Assembly: GCF_037042905.1 (NCBI RefSeq)
Contig: NC_087250.1
Span: 13,890,001-13,954,000, forward strand
DNA: 64,000 bases
Direction of reading: 5' to 3'
Source of the DNA: Lytechinus pictus
Taxonomy: Eukaryota
Shown in pieces: positions 24,301-36,300 of the stretch; the stretch's first letter is position 1, and every line of letters starts with the position of its first letter. The notes under the pieces were generated by a model, which searched no databases, was not told the origin of the DNA, and worked only from the letters and a program-made list of their open reading frames with translations. The position numbers and the translations under genes were made by a program.

Positions 24301-27300
24301 AACAGGGCTCAGCAGCCAATCAAAATCAAGGTCACCATGGTAGTTGCCATAATGACAAAGTTACAACAGTTGCAAGTCCTTTATGAAATGGGGGCCCTGG
24401 TCTGCGCATGACCATTACATTAGAAATTTCAAACAGTAAAGATTAAAATTGACAGCACATCAGGGCCCCGTCTTACAAACAGTTGCGATTGATCCGATCA
24501 ACCACAACTATGGACGGCCAGCAACGTCAACATCTAAAATGCAAATTTGTTCAAAATATTTTCTAGATATGATGTATATTTATGTGTTTCATTCTTTTGA
24601 AGATTCAGAGTGTTTCTCATTGTTTACCAAAGATAATTTCCTGTAGAAAAAAATTATGGTGTGGGTGGATTTCCATACATTTGAGATTGATTGGATCAAT
24701 CGTAACTCTTTGTAAGACAGGGCCCTGGTGCTCGATTCATCCATAACTGTTTGGGAATGACAATAAAGCTTGGGAAAGGGACCACAGTGAATATTAGAAG
24801 CATACAGTTTTACTTCATTCTGTCATTCTTCATTCTTGGTCTAGTGGTTCTGACTCTCGCCTTTCAAACAGAGAGTCGTGGGTTCGAATCCTAGCTATGG
24901 CGTGTTTTCCTTCAGCAAGAAATTTATCCACACTTGGCTCCACTCGACCCAGGTGAGGTAAATGGGTACCGGCAGGAAGTAATTCCTCAAAAAGCTGTGA
25001 GCACCAGAATCGGTAGACTAGCTTAGGCGGGGTAATATAGGAGTGCCTTGAGCACCTAGCAAGGTGGATACGTGCGCTCTACAAATTCTATATTTTATTT
25101 CTTTTTTTTTTTACATTTCTGGTTTACTTTAATTTAGCTCAGAGTTAGACCAAAGTCTAAGTTAAACCAGGCTTCGGAATATGGGCCAATGAGTATAGCC
25201 TGAGTGGAAGTTAGACAAAATGATAAATGAGCTAAATGGCAATTAGACAATATTAATAATCATTAACATTATTTGTATAGTGCTTATCACAAAACATTAA
25301 AGCGCTTAGGAAAAAATAGAAAGAGAGTTGGAATTTCAGCAAAAAATTTAAGTAATTGAATAGTTCACAGCGGACTATAGACAATTGAGGGGCTGCATAA
25401 GCAAAGGGAAAGGCTATTTAATAAAAAAGTAGGTTTTTAGCGTGGATTTGAATTTCTCTATTGAATCTGTTTCATACTTTGTAGTAGATTGTTCCAGAGT
25501 TGAGGGGATGCGGAATAAGAAGATGATTTAGTAAACAATTTGGTTGTAGATGAACTGGACCTAGGGGGTGTTGCAAGAAAATATTTGCAATCAATTGCAA
25601 ATTACAGTTGTAAAGTTATGAGTGATCAATCAATTTTAACGAAGCAAATTGATGGATGTTGATACAAGAAGCACACTGATGATCAATGGCAAATTTTCCA
25701 TTAATGGCAAGAACTATGATTGATTTGGGGATCTAAAATTGACTTGCGATCGATTGCAAGTTTCCTGCAATGCCCCATTAGACCATGTGACACATGTGCT
25801 GGTGATTATAGTCCTGTTAGACATAAGAGAATTAGCTTTATAGCTAGGCATTATACACCATCAAATACATGATCAGAAAATGATCTAATGGATCACATGG
25901 TCTAGTGGGGGTATTGCAAGTTTCTTGCAATACCGATTAGACCATGGCCCCGTCTTACAAAGAGTTACGATTGATCCAATCAATCATAACTCTATGGAAA
26001 TCCATCACGGTCATAATTTTTTCTACAGGAAATTTGCACAATGTCTTTTGTAAACAAAGAGAAGCACAGTGAATTTTCAAGACAACGATGAATGCATGAA
26101 TATACATCATGCTAGAAAATATTTTGAACAAACATGAATAATACATGTAGATGTTGACTTTGCTGGCCGTCCATAGTTGCGATCGATCGGATCAATCGCA
26201 ACACTCTGTAAGATGGGGCCCATGTGACACGTGTGCTGGTGATATATAGTCTTGTTTAGACATTAGAGAACTAGCCAAGCCAGGCATTGTACATCATCAA
26301 CACTTATATGATCAGAAAACGTGATACCAATCCACAGATCTTGTTGAGTCATTCTCTCTTAAAACTTAAAAGGGAGGCGCGATAGCTTAGTCGGTAGAGC
26401 GGGGGTTTCGGATTCGGTGACCCGGGTTCGATTCCAACTTGGTGCGCTAGTGTCCTTTGGTATTAAAGGTATTAATCCTCATTACCAGGTCCCTCAGAGA
26501 AGACCTTAAGCCGTTGGTCCTCTGGTTGCCTGCTTACAAGCATTCATGCTTTCGTAGTAATCAGGTAAAAAATTACTACCATCATAACCACCATCATTGC
26601 CATCCCAAATAGGACTTGATTCTTAGCAATATTTGTGTCCTTTCCTGTAGTAGCTGCTTTGCCGTGTGAATCATTTTTTTTTCATCCTAACCTAGAAGGG
26701 ACGCTTGCCAAAAACGCCCTTTTTCACGATAGGGCAATCACTGAATTTTTTGGGGGCTATTTTTTTTCATTTCAAGGGCTGCTTTTTTAAAAAGCTCCAA
26801 GCAAGTATGGGGTAAAAACAAATAATGCTATTCTGCCGTAAAATATTGATTTGCTGAATATTCTTGACTATTTGTGGTAGAATTGGGGGAGACTGTCTCT
26901 TGAAAAGAAGGTCATTTGAAAGCACTCTATCTGGGTGATTTTAGGGGCGATTTGGGCTATGATGTAGGCAAGATCACCTGCTATGGCCACTCTCAGCTGT
27001 TTCCTTATAAAGTGTGCCAAAACAACAGGGCGCCGTCTTACAATGAGCTATGATTGATCCAATCAACCAAAACTATGGAAAGCCAGCAATGTCAACATCT
27101 CAAATACATATTTGTTAAGAATATTTTCTATATGTGATGTATATTCATATATTCATATTTTTCTTGACAATTCAATGCGCTGCTCTTTGTTTACACAGGA
27201 CATTGTTCAAATTTCCTGTAAAAATTGTTATGACAGTGATGGATTTCCATAGAATTGAGGTTGATTGGATCGTTCGTAACTCTTTGAAAGATGGGACCAA

Positions 27301-30300
27301 GGCCTTGTTAATAATTGGTTGATTTTATCTAGTAACTATGCACGCTCTAAAAGGGATCAAATAGTAGTAGTCAACCGGTCATAGAAAATACATCCTGGCG
27401 AAAGTAGTGTATTCTGCATGGATAAAAAGATATGTAGAGCGGTGCTCAAAAGTTAGTGAACCCCACCAGAAAATGAATATTTGAAGTGTTCAAATTCTGC
27501 CATATTTTAGATATTTTATTGTAAACTCAGATGATAAAATATTTCACTCAATAAAGTTTGTTTACTCAGATGATGAAATATTACACTTTTTAATAATAAA
27601 GTTTGTTTCTCTGGGCTCGCCAAACCTTGTATTATTGTTGTCTACATTCAATACTCTGCATGAAGGAGTGCATTTTGTGGTGGGGATCACTGACTTTTGA
27701 GCACAACTGTATGTGTTTAATTATGTGACATTTCTTTGACTTCTGGCATATCAAGTGTTTTGGTACGAGGTATGTAATGTAACAGTCAACCTATGCAATA
27801 TGATCAGATACCTCTACACTTCTGGTATATACGTGGGCAAATGGAATTCCTTTTGTATTGACATATGTGCTGGTACATACACATATACTTAGACTCAAAT
27901 GGAAGAAGTCAAGAGAGAGACCTTTTATATATATATATTTTAGCAATTTCTGGATCAAATTCGCATAAATGTATTGTAATTCTGCAATATGAACTCGATT
28001 CATTTCAGCTGCACCTATAGTTATTAAAATAACTGAAGCCCCATTCCTTTCATTTTACTATCCTTTCTGTTAAATACAGGACGTTCCTTTTCTATTTAAT
28101 CTACATGTAAGCCTAACCTCTCTTATCAAATCAGTAATATTTGGCAATGCATGATAATGCAGGAAATCTAAAGGTATCACAGGTCATAAATGTTTATTAA
28201 AAATATTTTTCTGCTGGTATTTATGATGTTGTTTTTGTCGCAGCCAGAAGGTTTACAAACGTAGGATAATTGGATCAGTGATCATAATAATAATAATAAT
28301 AATGTAACTTATGAAGTGCCAAAATTCACTCAGTAGAGAGCCCAAGGATATAAGGATTTAAAGGAAAAGTTCACGCTGATAAATTGGTCTTGATAGAAGC
28401 AGAAAAATGGAAGAAATATTTGGTGGGGGTTTGATGAATGTTTGTCTAAAGAATGATAATTTATGTCTTTAAAAGTTTGATTATGTGACGTCACAGATGA
28501 GCAGCTCCTCCTTATATTGTATGATATTGATTTTTTTAAAAGGCAGTTTTCCAAAAGAATTTAAAATTGTTTTATTTGTGGGTTAACCCTAAAAGGCCCG
28601 GGGGGGGGGGGGGGGGGCGGAATCCGCCTCCCTCAACATATTTCGCGATTAATCCGTCGCGCGAAATTTTTTCAACGCGCCGCTCGCTGACTTTTTACTT
28701 TCAAGTCTCACGCAACTTTTGAGACCAAATTTGCGATGCCCGGGTACCGGTTAGGAATTTATGCAACATTATGTAAGTGCATGTCAGACCCAAAATTTCT
28801 CAAAAACGTGAATTCATGTACAAATCCAATGCAAATTGTGTATTTAGCCAAAATTTATTAATGTATCATTATTTCTACTTTTATTGATAAAAAATAATTA
28901 ATTTTGTCTTGTTTATGATCAGAATTAAGTCTGCAACAATTTCCATAAAAAACAAAAACAAAGAAATACATAAGAAATTAAAAAAACAATAAAATACATA
29001 AGAAAAAAATTGCGATACCAATTTTTTTTATGTACGTTTGATCAGAATCCTACAAAGAGTCTGTGAATAAAAAATTTGCAATTTTGGGGCCATAGTAAGT
29101 TAATTAGAGCAAATGTTTTATTTCATGCATAAATTAGCATAATTAATTCATTAAAAAAAAATCTTATTTTTTCAGAAAAATTAATCATACAGCCTTGTAG
29201 ATTTTATTGCACACTACCACTGTGCAAATTTTCGCGGCGCCCTTGCGATCGACGGCCGAGATCTCAGGGGGGGGGGGGGCGGAATCCCCCACCCTCCTCG
29301 GCTGTGAGATGGGTACAAATAATCCGGCTCTTTTAGGTTTAATATATCATCAGACACATCATTCCAGTTACCCTTCTTGTATAAAAGAATTGTCTTAAGT
29401 TTGTTCTGATCCCATTCCGCATAAGGGAGACCTTTGAAGGACCATTGAAAGACCAAACATTGGCGAGGTCTTAAAGCAGTCTCCAAGATCACTGAAATTT
29501 GTCATCTCTGGAATGGTTCTGAAAGACCCCTCAAAGAACTCTGAAAGACTGATTGATAATTCTTGTCTTACTGGGCTTAGACTAGTCCTATAGAGATCTT
29601 TCAATGGTCTTTCAGAGATCTTTTATGCAACAAGTGATCTTTCAGTATTTTTTCCATGGACTTTCCTGGTCTTTAAAGATCTTTCAATGAATCCTTTAAT
29701 GATCTCTCAGTGATCTCCACAAAAATCTTTAGAGACTGTTTAAACAGGGAAGTGTTATAGACTTCCCTGGTTTAAAGATCATGGAAAGACTAATAAGAAC
29801 TTTGAAAGATCATCAAGAGACTGCTGAAAGACCATCAAAAGACCAGTTTCCTGAAAGGCCGCTGATAGACTGTTTTGAACTGTTTCAAAAAGTTTTGGAA
29901 ATCATGAAGGCCACGAAGAACACTGACAGATCAATCAGGAATTATGAAAGACCTCAGATACTTTTGAAAGTTCATTGAAAGACCTTTGAAAGATCAAGCA
30001 AGTTTCATGGTCTTACAGACAGTGGTCTTTCAGATGTCTTGTCTTCTGTGGAATGGGGGTTTTCATCATGGTCCATTGAAAAGATGGAATGTATGGGATT
30101 GTTATTATATGATATGTGAGGAGCAGCTCGCATATGACATCAAAATTAAAAACTTTATTCAACCTCTCTTAGTGGGGAATTTTCATAAAACCTTCACCAA
30201 TATTTTTCTCCAATATTTCTGCTACCACCAACTAAAAAGAAAAAACAATTTCTATTTTTCCTCCTTCTCTCCTACAGTTAACATGACCAATTTATTTGAC

Positions 30301-33300
30301 GTAAAAAAAATATTTTTCCTAATCTAAATTTTGATTTTTTTTTTTCAAGTTTGAGTTCAGTTTTTGATTGCATGTGAATGAATTCAAGCATGTAGACCAG
30401 TGTGGGTTTTAAATCATTGAAAAATCAAACAAGCATGACTTTGAATAATTATTTTCAAATGATGTTACTCTTAAATGGGAATACAGTATTATGAGGTTGG
30501 TACATACATTATATATGTCATGAATATTGAAGAAAAAAGCTGAAAGCTAGCATTCCGTAGACGACCAAACTTCAGGTTTAATCTTTAGTTAAACTTTGGT
30601 TAAATTATCAAAATATTCTTCTATAACTGGAGATAAAGTTTTATCATGCTTCTTTCTTTTTGGAGAATTAAAGTAGAAAACTGGCTTTCTACCATTTACA
30701 TGTTTTTTTTAATTTGTGTTATTAATATTATTATCATTATATTCACATCATTGATGAAAAGGAGAGAAGAATTTCATCAGATACGTCAATATGGAATACA
30801 TAGTAGGAACAAAGCATAAACAATTAAAAAAATGTTTGAGGTACAATCTCTCTCGACGGATTTTTTTTTGCCACAAATTTCCAGTTGCTTGTATCTTAAG
30901 ATTATTTTTTATCCAACCATTCATTTGTAAATTGATTAGATTATAATATATTCATTCATAAGGAAAACAATATCTGTGTATTGTTTAGGTGTTGTATGAA
31001 GGGTTTAGTTTGATGTGATGTAGGAGGAAAAAATCTTTTATACCTGTAATCATTGGGTCTGAAAAGTTACTCAATATTTGGAAACTCTAGTTTAAATGCT
31101 CCCCAGGGAGTGGAGAAAGTGAATACGTTGTGTTCAGACCATATGCCATACAAAAACTTCATCAAGATAATTGTACAGTGTTACAAGAAAGTTATGATAT
31201 TTTGAAATGTCACTTATTTTTCACAAAATATGCACAATTCAGTGAGAGGGCCGATGATGTCCCTTACTATATTTGTTTTTTATTGTTTAAATTATACAAC
31301 TTTTCAAATTTTACAGGTCTATTTGACAATAAGGACCAACTTGACTGAAGCATGAAATGTTAAAATAGTGGTAATTTCACTTGGTCATTGAGAAATGAAA
31401 CCTTCGTTTCACAGGGCAATGAGGAGAAAATTAGAATGTTTGATTTGATACACTACAACAGAAATAGTGAGTGGGTGACATCATCAGTCCTCAGTTTTGT
31501 AAAACTAAGGAAAATTTGAAATATGATAACTTCCTTCTTTTTCATTTGATGTTGATGAAATTGTCAATTTGCTTGTTGGATTTTTCTCTTTTTTATTCAA
31601 ATCAACTTTTTGTTGGGGTGGACTTGTCCTTTAATAAGTGTAACTCATTGTGGTAAAGGGCCACGGTCACACTATAGAATTAATTGTTTATATTATCGAA
31701 CCTTTGCCCTGTAAATTTTCTGTGTATCCAGGGCCCGGTCTCACGCTACAAGTAATAATGATTATATTTTCAGATGATGGAGGGAAAAAGAGGCCATTAA
31801 TAAGGGAGTTATAGGACCTGGTTTGACAAATCATATTCTTTGTATTACAGGATGGATTGAAGAAGAGGCCATTAATAAGAGAGTTATCAGACCTGGTTAC
31901 ACTATGCAAATCAATTCGCTTTCCAGGGTTCAACGAAGCAAGACAGAATCGTAAGTAGTTCTCTTTTTTTCACTTTGCATTTTAGGATGACATGTAATTT
32001 TAAAGATAAATACCAGTTGTGGTAACGATTCATAATGAGTTCGAACAGAATCCAATAAAATTTCCACCCAAGTATTTGTTTGTATAAATAAAAAATTGTG
32101 TGCCAATTGACTCTGGAAAACAATGTGTATTTGCTGAGAAATTAGCAAAATAAGCACAGAATTCCTTAAAATGTCAGGTATTTTTCCAAGCAATATTAAT
32201 ACACTGTCCCACATATGCCTTTTTGTGTTAGTTATCATTGGAATTATCGGTTTTCAGCTAATATTTCAAGATTTCACAAAGTATTTCTGAAGGGGTCTTA
32301 GTTTTTAACGTGCTTTGGGTGAAATGATGCATCCAAAATGCACGGCTGGAAAATTGTGTGTTCAAAGTAAAAAAAATAGCATGTGACTTGCGTAAGCACT
32401 GCCTATTGGCTTCATCATTGGACCCATTTTATATTAGTGTTACATAATCTACATGCACATGTTCTTTGGTATATTGGTAGGTATAACTGAAATGGTAAAT
32501 TAATTTTGTTGTATTTGTTTTGTCTTAGAGAGATCCTAGGAGTTATGTTTGTTCTTGGAGAATACAACACGATCATACGAGTGCATATTGTAGATGTAAA
32601 CCTCGATAGATAATTAATTTTGTTGTGTGTGTTTTTGAAAGTGGTACGAGAAGATATTTTGCATGGATTTAAATGTAAATTGATTGTAGATTATGTTGTG
32701 TTTGTTTCTTGTTTCAGAGAGGTACTGGGAGTTATGTTCATTCGTGGAGAACACAGCAGAGAAGTTTGCCAACATGTGTCCTGAGGACTTTGTGAGTCAC
32801 AACAAGAGTTTCCTATCCAGGGTGTATCCTAACGCAAACAGGGTAGATTCAACCAACCTCAACCCGCAGGATATGTGGAATGTTGGATGTCAAATAGGTG
32901 AGTAGGAACAATATTGTAATACTAAACATAATTTCACTCGAAAGGTTCATCTGATTGGTGTGTAGACATGAGAAAACATTCTTTATTCCTTAATCACAAA
33001 AACTTACCTGTTTTTCGGTAAGATTCTTCATGCTGCATCAGCAATAGCGCCAGCTATGAGGGTCTGACGAAGCTTGCTGCCTAGCTAGCGAACGCTTACC
33101 AAAAAACAGGCATATTTTTGCGATTGTGGAATAAAGTACTTTTTCTCATGTTGCCGTGGTTATCCATTGTTTTAAATTAATGAGTCCACTCTTCAAACAG
33201 TTGACTCACGAATAAAATAGCATATCTAACCATGGTAACAGGCGTCAATTTGGCGCACTGTGAAAAAAGCGCGCATCAGCATCAGCATTGGACATTTTTT

Positions 33301-36300
33301 ATACACGCGTCTGATACACGGTAAATTAAGCGTAATTTATACAGGAAATCTGCATAAACCATGGATTCAACCGTGGGTTTTCAAAACCACCTTTGTGAAT
33401 TCGGGCCATTTTGTTTAAATCTTTTAATCAACCCCTTCATGACCATGAAGTTGTCAGCATAATCAGCTGGCGAGAAGAGAATTGAGATGATTTTTTAGAC
33501 ACAGATATTTTGAAAGTGTCTTCACAATTCATTTTCCTTCCTTGGTGTTTATGTTTTAGTCCAAATGAACATTAAAATACAACCCACATTAAAGTTCTTT
33601 TTTTTTTATAAGCCAGACCTCTGAAATTTAACCAATGTCTATAATACTGCTCTTCTTACATTGGTTTTATTAGGTGTCTTTATATTTGGTAAACTGCTGA
33701 TTTGTCTATTGCCAACTTGTTCACTCATCACATGGTATACCTTCATTTAGTCTAATGCCATTCCGTCCATCAACATTTCATCTAACAACCGTTTGGTCCA
33801 ATAACAATTTGGTCCAATAATCACTTCGTCTAATCCCCAGTTCGTCTATGACCATTTTGCCTAATTTTCTTTTCATTCATTTCGCCCAATCAACTTTTTT
33901 CCAATTAGACCAAATGGTTTATGGACTACATGGCTATTGGACCAACTGGTTATTAGACGAAATGGCAATAAGAACGTGTGGATAGTAGACGAATTAATGA
34001 TAGACCAAATGATAGTAGACAAGTTGGTAATGAGATGAATTAGCATTAGACCACTTGGAAATAAACCTTTATATTTCACTTCATGAAAAAGAAATTTGGG
34101 CGTTGCCTTTGAATGTGAAAGTGTGCATATAATTAGATGTTCATATATTTTGTTGTTTTCAGTGGCTCTAAATTACCAGACGCCAGGATTAATGATTGAT
34201 CTCTACGATGGAAAGTTTCAGATGAACGGCAGCTGTGGATATGTATTGAAACCAGCTATCATGAGAGAAGGTGAGCAGAATTCGGTGGATTCACAATACA
34301 GTACGTGATCTATCGGTCGCAGTGGACAGGCCGAAATTCGCAATGCCTTGTGGGAAAAAGTCGACATTTGTTGCACACCCCAGTACTAAAGTGCATGTAC
34401 ATGTATGCGATTATTCAGCATTGGCCGATGGGCTTGAGTGGATATACATGTATGCTGTATACCAGGGTCCATCATTATGTTAGTATAAGAAAAAAGATAT
34501 TTTTTTTCAGATTGAAAAAATGGAGTTACTTTTGAATAAACAATAATCGTTTTATAAATTTACAGCCAAAAAGCCTTAGTTTTTAACTCAAACCTTTCAT
34601 GTTAAGTTTTCAAAGCCTCCATATATCTTACCGTAGCATATCGCCTCAAATTTTGATTGGTATTTTCAGGGATAGCTTATTTTTGACAAAACTCATTTGA
34701 TGTGATCCTTGGAGTAATATCTTTAATCTCTAATGTTGTTAAAATTCAGAGATTATTTTTGAACAAACCAATTTATAAGAGTCTCACTCCAAATCTTGAA
34801 TCTTATTTTTCAGAGATTGCTTATTTCCGACCGAACTCATTTGACTTGATTCCGGGAGTATCGCCTCAGATTCTTCACATCAAGATCATCAGTGGCCAAC
34901 AGTTCCCTAAACCAAGAGGATCAGGATCTAAAGGAGATGTGAGTCTTTCTTCTTATCATTCTTGAACAGCGTAGGAATTACATGAGGGCGACGCTCGATT
35001 TCGCCCCCAAGACAGCCCAAATCACCCCTAAAATTCCCCTGAAATGCATGCTTTGGGGCGACCATTCTTTCTAGAGTCTCTCCAAGATCTGTCGTATCCC
35101 TAAAAAGGACCATGAAAGGATTTCATGACATAACATAAATATTCCACACATATGCGATTTGTGGAATATTTTCCCAAACTCTTGGAATATTTCTGGTATT
35201 CCATTCTGAGCCATCCAATATAATTTAATTATTTGTTTTATTTTTTAGGTGATAGATCCATACATCTCTTCAGAAATCTTTAGCATACCAGCTTTCTGTA
35301 GAGAGGAATAGATGATAATAAACATTATTTGTTTTATTTTGTTTAGGTGATAGATCCATACATCTCCGTAGAGATCTTTGGCATACCAGCTGACTATAGA
35401 GAGGAATAGATGATAATAAACATTATTTGTTTTATTTTGTTTAGGTGATAGATCCATACATCTCCGTAGAGATCTTTGGCATACCAGCCGACTGTAGAGA
35501 GGAATAGATGATAATAAACATTATTTGTTTTATTTTGTTTAGGTGATAGATCCATACATCTCCGTAGAGATCTTTGGCATACCAGCCGACTGCAGAGAGG
35601 AACGCACCAAGACAGTACCTCATAATGGTAAAGTAGTGCTCATAATTCGGATGACCAACTATATAAAAAAAGTATGCATCAAATGATAAATTCCAGACTG
35701 TATCATTTCATGTGCGCAGGCTATATACATCAGGGTTCCGTCTTACAAAGAGTTGCAATTGATCCAATCAAGCGTAACTCTATGGAAATCCATCGGTGTC
35801 ATAATTTTTTCTACAGGAAATTTGCACAATGTCCTTTGTAAACAAAGAGAAGCACAGTGAATTTTCAAGAAAACAATGAATGCATGAAAATACATCATAG
35901 AAAATATTTTGATCAAACATGTATTTTAGATGTTGTCATTGCTGGCATTCCATAGTTGTGATTGATTGGATCAATCACAACTCTTTGTAATACGGGGCCT
36001 TGGGTCCCGTCTTACAAAGATTTGCGATTGATCTGATGAACATCAACCCTATGGAATTCCATCAACAAAAAATTTACACAATGTTCTATGTAAATAAAGA
36101 GGAGCATACAATGTAGAAGATTATTTAAAAAAAAGATGAATGTATGAATATGCATCATTTTGAACAAACCTGCATTTTAGTGCTGGCTATGCTGGCTTTA
36201 CTGGCATTTCATGTTTGTGGTTTATCAGATCAGTTGCAACTGGGCAATTCCATAGAATATGTACGTCCGACCCCCTATATGTGGGACCTTCATAAATGTT

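Noticed and set aside
26371..26450. tRNA gene
   Set aside because: A and B boxes are present but there is no complete cloverleaf; the sequence runs on like a SINE body.
28230..28270. Possible micro-exon in the long X-Y intron (gtcgcag|ccagaaggtttacaaac|gtagga)
   Set aside because: 17 nt is not frame-preserving and the donor is weak; no support.
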